Origin: a virus | Lineage: Duplodnaviria; Caudoviricetes | Strand: one strand, 5' to 3' | Length of the DNA: 64,000 nucleotides | IMG/VR virus record: IMGVR_UViG_3300046779_001841 | Coordinates: 192,001 to 256,000 of that record | Shown here: in pieces, positions 1-11,100 of the stretch | How positions within the stretch are numbered: the first letter of the stretch is position 1 | Layout: each line of letters opens with the position of its first letter | Made by a program: the position numbers and the translations under genes | The notes under the pieces: model-generated | The model's database searches: none | Told to the model about the DNA's origin: nothing | The model's input: the letters and a program-made list of their open reading frames with translations, nothing else

Positions 1-1351
1 GATTAGTAGATGTGTCATTTGAAATCTCTACTTCTCTTTCACTGGAAATATTATCTTCGATTAGGCTTTCCCAATCATCTTCTTTCTCAACTGTGACTTG
101 AAGATTTTGAAAGCTAAAAGAGATCGTATCATCAATTAAAATAGGTTCTGCTTTTTTAAGAAATTTAGACATCAAATAAGCATTAGCTTTCATTTCTTGA
201 TAAATTTGATAAGCATTTTTATCCGCAGTGCTTTGAATTTTGCCAAAATTTTCACTATATAGAACTGCTATGTTCTTATTGTTTTCTTCTTGGATCTTTT
301 TAACTTCTTCAGTCATCTCTGGACTGTTAGTGAAAGATACCGAATCATAATATGAAAGTTCATTAACAAGATCTTTAACTTGTTGAAAAACAAATTCATC
401 GTCTACATCCAATTCATTTATTGATGATGGTGTTAAACTTAAAAAAATATCAGTAGAGATAAAAACACCACTTTCTATTTCAAAATGAGAACTCGTTTCA
501 TCAAAACCAGAAAACTTTTCCATAAGTTTCTTAATTTTAGCTTTCTTGATAATCTCTTGTTTATCACTTTTATTTGGAACAAAAGATGTATGATATGCGA
601 CTTCTAAAGTATCATCTGTTTCTTTTATCGTTTCTGTGAAAGCACCATTTTTTGACAATTCTAGTTTCATTAATGATTTTTCATATTCTATATACTTTTG
701 TTTGATCTGCTGGATATTTTCAGATTGAACTTTTAAATTACTCTTTTTAGGTTTGATTGTGAAAATATCATATTTTAAACCTTGTAGTGTTGTTCTTGAT
801 TCCACTTCAATATTTAAATCTCTAATTTTAGCAACTACTTGTATCCATTTAGATACAAGTTGCATAGTCTTTTTGAAAAAGGATTGCAACATCAATTCTT
901 TGTTCATTTTGATTGCATCTAAATAAACTTTTTCAAAATAAGTATCTTCATCTTTCATTGCTTGTTCGTGTGATGCTTTCATCTTTTCTTCAACAAAAGA
1001 ATCTGTTCGTCTAGCAAGTAAATTTAATTCTTCCCAGATCGCATTTAATTCACTTTCAAGATCACCTTTTTGTAGTTTGATACGATAATAAATAAAGCAA
1101 GATTTCAAATCTTCATAAAAATCCCATTTAATCACATCGTCTTTTTTAGATTGCATTTTTTCTTTGAAGTAATTCACAACATAGTCATCTAAGCCAATTA
1201 GTTGTTCATAATATGTGAAAACAAATTTGCCTTCTTTAGGTAAACGACCTTTAAGAACATTGCTACCATGATTATAAATTTGAATTAAAAATTGTCCCTT
1301 AAAAGGGTTCATACTTCTATTTGGATTATTTACAAGTTTTACCACTGGCAT
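1..1351 (-). CDS. Giant SNF2-family polyvalent protein, paralog C (N-terminal ~450 aa; runs off the left edge, absent from the ORF track)
   Basis: ATG at 1351 gives MPVVKLVNNPNRSMNPFKGQFL, matching the starts of 1682..8107 and 8193..14465. The frame is open in the stretches I translated and ends ...VTVEKEDDWESLIEDNISSEREVEISND, aligning with VTVEKLSDEMVDAIPGVEREIELSDD of paralog A. Confidence 0.85.
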   Translation of the reverse strand, partial: MPVVKLVNNPNRSMNPFKGQFLIQIYNHGSNVLKGRLPKEGKFVFTYYEQLIGLDDYVVNYFKEKMQSKKDDVIKWDFYEDLKSCFIYYRIKLQKGDLESELNAIWEELNLLARRTDSFVEEKMKASHEQAMKDEDTYFEKVYLDAIKMNKELMLQSFFKKTMQLVSKWIQVVAKIRDLNIEVESRTTLQGLKYDIFTIKPKKSNLKVQSENIQQIKQKYIEYEKSLMKLELSKNGAFTETIKETDDTLEVAYHTSFVPNKSDKQEIIKKAKIKKLMEKFSGFDETSSHFEIESGVFISTDIFLSLTPSSINELDVDDEFVFQQVKDLVNELSYYDSVSFTNSPEMTEEVKKIQEENNKNIAVLYSENFGKIQSTADKNAYQIYQEMKANAYLMSKFLKKAEPILIDDTISFSFQNLQVTVEKEDDWESLIEDNISSEREVEISNDTSTN

Positions 1352-1410
1352 TTTTATCAAATCCTTTGTTTTGTTTTTAATAACATACAAAGGATTTGAT
1401 AATTTAAAAA

Positions 1411-1680
1411 CTATTCACCATCTTCTGGCAAGATAGGATTTAAAAGTGCTTTATAATCTACAAGAATATCATCATACATTGGAATACGAAATCCATTATC
1501 TCTAAACTTTAAAGCGAAAGCCTTATGAATAGTTGTGATCTCATCCATTGTTAAACCATCTTCTGTAAGCATATCAATGAAGTTTTGTGTACCTGCAAAC
1601 TTTGCTTGAACAATTAAATCTTCATCTGCAATTTGGGAAACATATAAAACCCATTCTTTAAGTGTTTTTGGTTCTGACAT
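1411..1680 (-). CDS. Small acidic hypothetical protein (89 aa)
   Basis: ORF starts 1 nt after the stop of the 2141-aa gene and fills the gap before paralog C. Confidence 0.75.
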   Translation of the reverse strand: MSEPKTLKEWVLYVSQIADEDLIVQAKFAGTQNFIDMLTEDGLTMDEITTIHKAFALKFRDNGFRIPMYDDILVDYKALLNPILPEDGE

Positions 1681-1681
1681 T

Positions 1682-4600
1682 TTATTTGCCTTTCTTTTTA
1701 GTAAATGGATTTGAAACAGGTTTCAAATCACCTTTTAATACAGAAATTTCTTTTTGAATTTCTTTAACTTTTTCTTCATTTGCAAGTTCTTGATCAATAG
1801 AAGAAAGAAGTTCGCTATCTTGTTCTGCACTCTCAGCCATCATTTGTTCATAGGATTGAAATTCTTCATCTGCAAATTTCTTTTTTGCCACACGAATATT
1901 TGATGCTTCAGGATTTCGTTCTTTCCATGTTCTAATTTTCTTTAACAACTCTATTCTTTTACTTTCTTCCATTTTTAAAAGAACATCTTTCAAGTCTTTA
2001 CTATAAGACTTGAGAATTTGAATTTGGTCAGATTTTGGTAAACGACCAACACTTGGCAAATCGTCTTCAAAAAATCTTCTCCAGCAATTTTCTCTTGTTG
2101 TGTTAAAAGGTTCGACTGGTGATGCTAGATATTGTTCTAGTGTTTCAAATCCTGCTTCTTTAGCTTTTTGGTTCATATATTTTGTTAGTTTCTTATATGA
2201 CTTAGAATTTGAATTTAAATCTAGTTCATAATGTTGTGAAGATCCATATCTCTTCCAATATTCTTCACCTGCTCTAAAAGTTTTACCATTCTCATCTCTT
2301 GATGTTATATCATATAAATCTACAATATCAATATAACCATTGGGTGAGATTTTACCTGATTTTTGAATAATATAGGCCGCCTTAGCATATCTTACATCAT
2401 AAGCAGTTGCACCATCATTTCCCAACCAATTTTTAATCTCTGATGAATAGACACCTGCCTGAATATCAGATCTAATTTCTTTTAGATCTAGCGAAAACGC
2501 ATTTATAAATTTATATGATTCAGCTTCAAATCTTTGCTTTTCAGCATCATAATTTGCAAGACTTTGATTATAAATCACCATTGCTTGATTGTACTCTTCC
2601 ATTTTCACTTCATATTCAGCTAACTTTCTTGAAAAATCAATATTGGCTTCTTCTGTTCTTTGAACAGCAAGATCATATACATCTTGAATCTCTGCTTGAT
2701 CCAAGGGTCTTTTTGTGTCTTGAATCTTATTAAAGAGTGTTATTAATACAGAATTTTGTTGAGTCAATAGAGGTGTTACAAACTGATTAAAAAGATTTAA
2801 TCGGTTTGTAAATTCATTCAACGCACCTTGTCTTTGAGTATTATTATAATGAACCATATAAGCACGATCTCTATGGTCATAAAATCTACCACTTCCTGGT
2901 TCTAGTGTCATTGGATCGATTGTATTAAATGTTGTAAGAGGATATAAATTGTTTCTATATGCTTGATTGATAACAAGTCTTAGATTAATATGTTTTTCTT
3001 TTTCTTCATCTATATTTCTTTTGGCGAAATACATATAATTAAGAAAATCAGAAACATTTGATCCAAGACTACGCTCAATGCGTCTTTTTAATTCATCATA
3101 ATTACTCACACCAAAAATCCCTATTGCTAAAGATTTTTTTTGTTCCAACATTGCATCACCTGTAGATCTTTGTCCAATCAAAGTATTTGGATCTATACCA
3201 GTAGTTATTCTTTCGGGTCTTACAGGTTTTTGTGGTTGAACAGGTACAACCAAATTAAATGTAGTATTACTAACACTCGAAGATCCTAATTTTTCTATTA
3301 CCATCTTTTCAAACTTTTTTGCTCTTTCTTTCATAGAATCCACCTGTATTCCAACTTGAGCATTATAACCGAATTTTGGCCATACATAATATCCTATAAA
3401 CTCATTAGTTTCTGATAGACCTGTTTCTGGATTAAAAGAACCCCAACCACCTGCACCTAAAGTTTTTAAAGTAGATTTACCTTCTTTTTTCATGGATATA
3501 AGTTGAGTGAATAAAGCACGATTGCCTATACTATTTGGCGCACACTTAGATGTTTTAAAGATGTTGTTCTTTACATAATCATTATTAATAGTTCTTTCCA
3601 TAGTAAGAATCCAATCACCATAACTAGAAGCATTCCCATAGTTAAATTGAATATGTTCAGGTGCGACATTTGCAATACCAGAAAGACCCATTAAATCTAC
3701 AGTTTTCTTTGAAGATGCACTTAAATTTTGGAAACTTGGATGATTAAAACGATTTGGATCTAGTTGTGTATATTTGACTGGATCTTCTCTTAATCCTCTT
3801 TCTCTTTCTTCTATCTTTAATTGCATTTCTCTAGTAGGTGCTAATGCTCTAGCAAAATTTTCCAAGTTTGGTTTAGTTGCCTTTTCAGTAACTTTACTAT
3901 GTTCAATACTATCATAATTTGCAGATAAATTAATCGCACCACTTGTAGTGATAATATCACTGAAAAACTTTTGATCTACTTCATGTACAAGTCCTCTTAA
4001 TTTATCTATTGTAATATCTCCTGCCATCTCTTGTGGCATCACTGCATCTACCATTACTTCAATTACTGCATCTTCTTGTCCTTGTCTAAAAGCACGAGCA
4101 GTCCTTTGCTTTAATTCTTCACTATCCCACCCATCTCTATCTAAATGCACAACAGCCTTAAATTGTTGTAAATTAAATCCTCTTGCATAAGATGAGTTCG
4201 CTACCATTGTTGAAACTTGATTATTCTTAGCAATAAATTTCTTTACTGTATTTACTGCCCAAGTCATATCTTCTTCTTGTGGTTCAACTGTTGCGGCCGC
4301 AGTTCTTCCCATTCTCTTTTCAATTTGTTCTGTAGTCAAACCTGCTTGTTCTAATCTTTCTTTGATTTGTTCTTCAGTAAGTTCTTTTACCATGAAATTT
4401 TGAATCTTGGTCTTCTTTGTTACACGACCTTTTGTTAAAGGCTTACCTGCTTGATAGAACACAATCGCATTTGATAAACAAAGAGCATGGACTTTGGTTG
4501 GGATTCTTAAAGACAATTTAATAACTGTTTTCTTTGCAACATCATTATCTTCTGTGAAATACAATGTTCTCTTAGGTGCATTCCCTGTTAAGAATTGAAC

Positions 4601-7600
4601 TGCAAGTTCTTCAGCTTGATCTATCTTTGGATTACTGAAAGTGTATTCTTTAGGTGGATTACCTTTCATCTTATTAAACTTTTCCATTGCTTTATGTGGG
4701 TTCAAACTGAACATATGCAAGAGAGAAATCTTATCTTTCAAATTACCGACTGCAAAATCTTTTTCTCTTTGTACAGATGCTGGGATTTCTTCTATTGGTG
4801 TGTCCGCCAATAATAAAGAATATCTATCTTTAATCTGGTTCATTTGAACAGAGATAATATCTGAAATTTCTTTATAAGCAACTGCCACTTCTTTTGGCAT
4901 ATTCACATTTGTTGTCAATTTTTGTAATGGTTGTAAAGCTACTTGACCTGCTTCTTCATAATCAACATCCATCTTATCTGCAAAATAAGCATTTTGTTTC
5001 ACCCAGTTATTAAATTGATGTCTTACTTCAGGTTTAACACCTACAAACTTGCCACCAATATTTACTGCATACTTATCCATAAATGCTTTTTCTTTAGTAG
5101 GATCGACTGGATTACCTGTTGATAAAGAAACAAATCTAAACAAATCCATAGGTGATTTTTCTAAAGCACTACCTGTTAATAAAATCTTTCTTGGATGTTT
5201 TACATTACTGATAGCTTGTGCTTTCTTTCCTTTAAGTGCTTCATTGACTTCATCAAAGATCATGCAATAATATTGTTTGAAATCAGCACCTTCTTCATAC
5301 ATTCTAACAAATTCGGTATATCCAATTTCTGTTGTTCGATTTGTTAAATTTTCAGCTACTGCTTCTTCTAAGAAGAATTTCAATTCACCCATGAAGTTAC
5401 CAACAAGACGATCTGGACCCACAATTAAAAACTTTGCATTTGGTTTTTCTTTACTTGCAAGTTGCATAGATGCAACACCAACTAAAGTCTTACCAACACC
5501 AGTATCTAATGCCATCACACCTTTAAGACCATTAGATTGTAACCATGCTAATGCTTCAATTTGTTTATTGTTAAACTTTAATGGTTTATTTGGCAATACT
5601 TCTGCTTTGAAACCACCGATTGCTTGTGGTGTAAATTTTGCTAAATTCTCTGGTTGTAAAGCACGATCTTTTTGTAAAAGCATCTTGTAGTATTTTTGTA
5701 ATTCTTCATGTGCTTTCTTAGACATTAAGCATGAACCAAGACAATCCTTGATAGCTTCATAATCATCACCTTCAAAATAGAAAGACCACCTGCGTTTTTC
5801 ACTACCAGGAACTACTTCCATTGATGCTCTTGTGTCGGATAATTTTTTAATCGCTTTTCTTTCTGGAGTATGTTTAATATCATTTGGCAAACCAATTAAG
5901 AAACGATCTCTTGCCCATGTAATATATGGTTCTTCTAAAGCATCATAATTTACTTTTACTTCACCACTATCTGTTTCGATACTTTCATAAATAGATACAA
6001 TCTCACCATTTGAACTTACAGAATAACATTTACCATCACCTGTTAATCTACCTGTTGCATTTGCCAAGTCTTCAACAGAAAATCCTTTAAAGGGTCCTCT
6101 AGTAATAATATCTTTAGTGATACCATTAATAGTAGTAGTCTTTACTTTGACCATGTGTGCAAATTTTAATGGATTTGTTCTTTTAACTGCAGTATCGTCT
6201 GATAATTCAATTTCTCTTTCAACACCAGGAATAGCATCTACCATTTCATCAGATAACTTTTCTACAGTTACAGATGGTATATTTAATTTAACTTCTGTAA
6301 AGATTGGAATAGTGTTGTTTAAAGAATCCAACTTTGGATTGCCATCACTACCCATTTCAATTTCTTGAACTGGTTGTCCATCTACCATTAAAACATTTCC
6401 TGCATTGTCTTTCTTATATACAGGCACTTTTTTAATATGTTTAAAGACGAGTTCGTGTTTCTTTACTCTTTGACCTGCTTCATTTGTAACAGTTCTTGTA
6501 ACAATCTCTGGCAAAGCATCTCTTATACTCTTATTCTTCAAATCGCTTTCTAAACGCTTTTGTTGATAAACTTCATAAGCACTTAAACGATTTTCACCTT
6601 CTATAGTGCCAAGATGTTGACTATAAATGATATTTGCTTTCTTTAAAAACTCTTCTTGTTTTTCTTTGATTTCTTGTTGAAGTGTTTTCCCATTCACGAT
6701 AGAATTTGGTTTTTCTAATTCTTTTAATTTTTTATAAGCATCAGAAATGTTTTTCTTCTTATCGTTTAACCATTCTTGTCTTTCTTGTTTTTTGGCTTGT
6801 GCAAAATTTACCCAAGACATAAGATCTTCATATCGTTCTTCTGTCTTAAGAACAGCAGAAAGGTTATTAAAAATCTCTTTATATGGTTCAAGTTCAATAT
6901 CAAAGCCCTGTGCATTAAACCATTGTTTCAAAATAAATTGATATTTACTCGCACTATCAATCTTTGATTGTTTCAATTTAGTCAATAAAGATTTTAGTGA
7001 AAATTGAACACCTGTTGGAATGCGAGGAGATATTAGATAATAATTCATTTCAATATAATTATAGATTGTTAAATCAAATTTATCGTTTTTCTCAATAATT
7101 GATTGGATGAATAAGCCTACTTGAGAATACCTTCTTTCAGTTTCTTCTTTAAGACTTCTTGTTATGGCTTTTTGATTAAAAGATAGTGCTTTATCAAGTG
7201 CAACAGATTCAGTGTCTGTAGTAAAATCTATACCTGTACCTGCTCTTGTCATGAGAGCAAGTACAGCATCGTTTTCTATAAACTTTTTCTTTCTTTGTTT
7301 TAAAACATCAGATGGAGAGATATTTTGTTCTTTATTGTTGAAATAGAGATCTAACATATCACCATCAACAGATTTATAATCTGTATATGCACCACTTCTT
7401 GATAGTTTGTCTTTAATCAAAGATTGTTCATATTGTGAATACTTTTCTTTGAGTTCTCTTACTCGTTCAAGTTGTAATACTGCATCTGTTTTTGTTTCAT
7501 GTAATGTGAAAACATCAAATTTAGCACCACTTGTTGTAAATTTCTCACTAATTTCATATGGAATATTTTTAGCTTTACAAACTAACTGAATCCATGCAGA

Positions 7601-8107
7601 CAATAATCTTAAACTTTCCTTGAAGAATGGCTTCTTATTCAAGGTCTTGATCATTTCATATGCAGGTGATGTAACAGTTTCTAATTTTGCATCTGGATCG
7701 TTTGTAAAATTTGTCCAAATCTTCTTTAATTCTTCTTCAATAAAAGCATCCACTTTATTGACTTGAATACGCAAATCAGTCCAAATATCTGTTAAGACAT
7801 CATCATCTTCTCTATTGATGAAAAAAGTCTTATACCACAAATATGCTTTTGCCAAATTCTCATCCAAAGGATACTTGGAAAAAGAAGTATCTATCTTTTT
7901 AGATGCTACTTTTTCTGTTAATTCATCAATCAGATATTCTTCAAGTTCAATCAATTCTACATAATGATTAAACAAATAAGCACCTGCACCTTGTACTTTA
8001 CCTTTGGTTTGGTCATTTCGACTTGGATTTTTGACATACCATAAGAATTGACCCTTAAATGGATTTCGACTTCTATTTGGATTACTGATAAGTTTTACAA
8101 CAGGCAT
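1682..8107 (-). CDS. Giant polyvalent protein, paralog A: SNF2/SF2 helicase-ATPase with intact motifs plus GNAT-like domain (2141 aa)
   Basis: Motif I ALDTGVGKT, II FDEVNE, III LLTGS, V SSYARGFNLQQ, VI QRTARAFRQGQ. Downstream is APNSIGNRALFTQL...IGYYVWPKFGYNA, a GNAT-like pattern. Confidence 0.8.
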   Translation of the reverse strand: MPVVKLISNPNRSRNPFKGQFLWYVKNPSRNDQTKGKVQGAGAYLFNHYVELIELEEYLIDELTEKVASKKIDTSFSKYPLDENLAKAYLWYKTFFINREDDDVLTDIWTDLRIQVNKVDAFIEEELKKIWTNFTNDPDAKLETVTSPAYEMIKTLNKKPFFKESLRLLSAWIQLVCKAKNIPYEISEKFTTSGAKFDVFTLHETKTDAVLQLERVRELKEKYSQYEQSLIKDKLSRSGAYTDYKSVDGDMLDLYFNNKEQNISPSDVLKQRKKKFIENDAVLALMTRAGTGIDFTTDTESVALDKALSFNQKAITRSLKEETERRYSQVGLFIQSIIEKNDKFDLTIYNYIEMNYYLISPRIPTGVQFSLKSLLTKLKQSKIDSASKYQFILKQWFNAQGFDIELEPYKEIFNNLSAVLKTEERYEDLMSWVNFAQAKKQERQEWLNDKKKNISDAYKKLKELEKPNSIVNGKTLQQEIKEKQEEFLKKANIIYSQHLGTIEGENRLSAYEVYQQKRLESDLKNKSIRDALPEIVTRTVTNEAGQRVKKHELVFKHIKKVPVYKKDNAGNVLMVDGQPVQEIEMGSDGNPKLDSLNNTIPIFTEVKLNIPSVTVEKLSDEMVDAIPGVEREIELSDDTAVKRTNPLKFAHMVKVKTTTINGITKDIITRGPFKGFSVEDLANATGRLTGDGKCYSVSSNGEIVSIYESIETDSGEVKVNYDALEEPYITWARDRFLIGLPNDIKHTPERKAIKKLSDTRASMEVVPGSEKRRWSFYFEGDDYEAIKDCLGSCLMSKKAHEELQKYYKMLLQKDRALQPENLAKFTPQAIGGFKAEVLPNKPLKFNNKQIEALAWLQSNGLKGVMALDTGVGKTLVGVASMQLASKEKPNAKFLIVGPDRLVGNFMGELKFFLEEAVAENLTNRTTEIGYTEFVRMYEEGADFKQYYCMIFDEVNEALKGKKAQAISNVKHPRKILLTGSALEKSPMDLFRFVSLSTGNPVDPTKEKAFMDKYAVNIGGKFVGVKPEVRHQFNNWVKQNAYFADKMDVDYEEAGQVALQPLQKLTTNVNMPKEVAVAYKEISDIISVQMNQIKDRYSLLLADTPIEEIPASVQREKDFAVGNLKDKISLLHMFSLNPHKAMEKFNKMKGNPPKEYTFSNPKIDQAEELAVQFLTGNAPKRTLYFTEDNDVAKKTVIKLSLRIPTKVHALCLSNAIVFYQAGKPLTKGRVTKKTKIQNFMVKELTEEQIKERLEQAGLTTEQIEKRMGRTAAATVEPQEEDMTWAVNTVKKFIAKNNQVSTMVANSSYARGFNLQQFKAVVHLDRDGWDSEELKQRTARAFRQGQEDAVIEVMVDAVMPQEMAGDITIDKLRGLVHEVDQKFFSDIITTSGAINLSANYDSIEHSKVTEKATKPNLENFARALAPTREMQLKIEERERGLREDPVKYTQLDPNRFNHPSFQNLSASSKKTVDLMGLSGIANVAPEHIQFNYGNASSYGDWILTMERTINNDYVKNNIFKTSKCAPNSIGNRALFTQLISMKKEGKSTLKTLGAGGWGSFNPETGLSETNEFIGYYVWPKFGYNAQVGIQVDSMKERAKKFEKMVIEKLGSSSVSNTTFNLVVPVQPQKPVRPERITTGIDPNTLIGQRSTGDAMLEQKKSLAIGIFGVSNYDELKRRIERSLGSNVSDFLNYMYFAKRNIDEEKEKHINLRLVINQAYRNNLYPLTTFNTIDPMTLEPGSGRFYDHRDRAYMVHYNNTQRQGALNEFTNRLNLFNQFVTPLLTQQNSVLITLFNKIQDTKRPLDQAEIQDVYDLAVQRTEEANIDFSRKLAEYEVKMEEYNQAMVIYNQSLANYDAEKQRFEAESYKFINAFSLDLKEIRSDIQAGVYSSEIKNWLGNDGATAYDVRYAKAAYIIQKSGKISPNGYIDIVDLYDITSRDENGKTFRAGEEYWKRYGSSQHYELDLNSNSKSYKKLTKYMNQKAKEAGFETLEQYLASPVEPFNTTRENCWRRFFEDDLPSVGRLPKSDQIQILKSYSKDLKDVLLKMEESKRIELLKKIRTWKERNPEASNIRVAKKKFADEEFQSYEQMMAESAEQDSELLSSIDQELANEEKVKEIQKEISVLKGDLKPVSNPFTKKKGK

Positions 8108-8192
8108 TTTAAACCCCTTTTCTTTCTAAAAAAAAGTAATCTTTCTATGATACATACATTCCATAAATTTAATAATTATTAAACCACCAACA

Positions 8193-11100
8193 CTATTTCT
8201 TTTTTCCAAATGGATTTGTTACTGGTTTCAAATCACCTTTTAATACTGATATTTCTTTTTCTACTTGTTTCACTTTTTCTTCATTCGCTAGTTGTTCATC
8301 TAAAGCAACCATCATATCGCTATCTTGCTCTGCCATTTCATACATCATTTGTTCATAAGTCTTTGTACCACTCTCTATTGAAGCAAAACGAATATTTTCA
8401 GTAATGCGATTGAGCATCTTCCATTTTTTAAAAGTTTCTAAAAACTCTCCTACATAATATTGAGTTTCATTCATAAGAACATATTTTAAATCATTGCGAT
8501 AAGCCTTAATTACTTGTAACTTTTCTTCTCTGTTCATTTTAATATTGCCATCATTCAAGAAAGAAATCCAGCAAGTAATCTTTTTAGTATTAAATGGTTC
8601 AATAGGTAAGGATAAGTATTCTTCCAAGTTTTCACAACCAGCTTCTTTGACTTTATGATTCACATACTTTGTTAGTTTTTTATATGACTTGGAATTTGGA
8701 TCTACACTTAACTCGTATTCTGTACCCGTACCTACAAATTTCCACCACTCTTCTCCTGCTTTAAAGATTTTCCCATCGGATTCTTTAAATGTTATTTCAT
8801 ATAAGTCTAAGATTTCTATCAAACGACTTATTTTATTTGATAATTTTAGATAGAACGCAGACTTAGCATATCTTACTTTCCACCAATCTTTACCATTTCC
8901 CAACCATGATTTAATTTCTGATGTATATACATCTGCATCAAGATCTGCTTGAATTTCTTTTTTATCTATTTTGAAACTTGAGATGTCATTAATTTTTTGT
9001 TGAAAAAATCCATTAAATTCTTTCTCATATCTTGCATGAATTTGTTCATATACACTCACTGCTTGATTATACTCTTCTAAATCTTTTTGATATTTCTCTA
9101 CTCTCTCATCATAGATTTTCATCGTTTCTTCATATTCAATATTATTTTCTATTTGCACTTGCTTCATGTCTTCATAAATAGGTTGCATTTCTTCTACCGA
9201 TAATGGCATATCGGTATCTTGGATCTTATTGAATAATGCTATTTTTTCTGGATAATTTTTCATCAATGGTGTTGCAAAAAAATCCCATTGACTATTTAGT
9301 CTTTTTTCCCTTTCTATATCCTGTAAAACAGCATTGTGTAATTGCCAATCTACCATATCTTGAGGATATTTAGGTGTTTCTGTTTTTTTGAGATTCTTTT
9401 TATGAAAGGGAAAAAATTGTATTTCAAATCCAGAATAATAAGCAATTCTATTTTCTATATGATATGCTACATCTTCTGAATAGTTCTTTTTTTTAAAATA
9501 TCCATAATCTCTTACAATTTTAAAATCATCTTTTGCAAATTGAGAACCCATAGCACCTAGTCTTTGATCAACATATAAAGCAAATGCACGAACAGTTTTT
9601 TGTGGTGTAGTCGAAGCCAGTATCGCTTTTAATTGTAATTGTTTTCTTTCTTCACTAGAACCACTATTTGTCATCAATTCTTCTATGTCTAAATCTAATT
9701 CATAGTTTTCTTTGTATGGTCGTTCTCCTACATCTAGTGGATCAGGTGCTATGGGTTTTACTCCATCTGTAATCGCTTCAGTCCATTTTAATTTTTGGCT
9801 TACCATCTTTGCAAAGATGTTCGCAAATTCTTCTATTTGATCTAAATTAAGAAGAACTTCAGCATTATAACCAAATTTCGGCCACACATAATATCCTATG
9901 TAATTTTGACCTTTTGCTTCTCCTGTTTCAGGATCAAAAGAATTAAAACTACCTGCACCTAAACAAGCGATAGCATCTAATTTAGCTTTTTTGACTGCAA
10001 CAAGTTGACTAAATAACACATGAGTTCCTAATCCATTTGGCGCACAATAATTTGTTGTAAAAGCATCATTCCAAATATAATTCTCACCATAATATTTTCT
10101 TCTATCTGTACCATGTAGTGTAGTAATCCAATCTCCAACAGATTTCATTTCATTTTCTCTATCCGATGTCAATCTAAATTTAATATGTTCTGATGCAATA
10201 TTCGTAATACCTGTAAATCCTGTTAAATCTAGCATTTCTTTTTCATGTTCTGATAGATTTTCCATCGATGGATGGTTAAAACGATTTGGATCTAATTGTG
10301 TATATTTAATTGGATCTTCTCTTAATCCTTTTTCTCTCTCTTCTATCTTTGCCAACATTTCTCTTGTTGGCAATAATGCTCTAGTAAAATTCTCTAAATT
10401 CACTTTCTTGCTTGTTGTTAATTTTTCTATCGCTTCATATTTTTTTGTCAAATCCAAAGCACCACTTTCTCTAAGAATTTCACTAAAGAACTTTTGATCT
10501 ACCTCTTGCACTCGATCTCTTAGTTCATCTATTGATGTTGATCCTCCTACCACTGCATCCAAGATATATTCTGTTACAGGTTCTTCTTTTCCTACACCTT
10601 GTAGTCTTGCAGTTCTTTGCTTTAATTCTTCGCTATCCCATCCATCTCTATCTAAATGCACCACTGCATTGAATTGTTGTAAATTAAATCCCCTTGAATA
10701 AGATGAATTGGCAACCATCGTTGCGACTTGATTATTCTTAGCAATAAATTCCTTTACAGTCTTTACTGCCCAAGTTACATCTTCTTCTCCTATTTCATCT
10801 TCTTCTCTTGCCACTCTTCTCATTCTATCGTCTATCTCAACTTGTGATAATCCAGACCTTGACAAATTCTTTAGAATTTCTTCATCTTTAAGTTCTTCCA
10901 ACATAAAATTTTGAAGTTTGGTATTCTTATTCACAACACCTTTCTTTAAAGGCTTTCCTGCTTGATAAAAGACAATACTATCAGATAAACATAGTGCATG
11001 GATCTTGGTCGGTATTCTTAATGAAATCTTAATGATTGTCTTTTTTGCCACATCTGCATCTTCAGTGAAATATACTGTTCTCTTTGAATTTTCTACTAAA

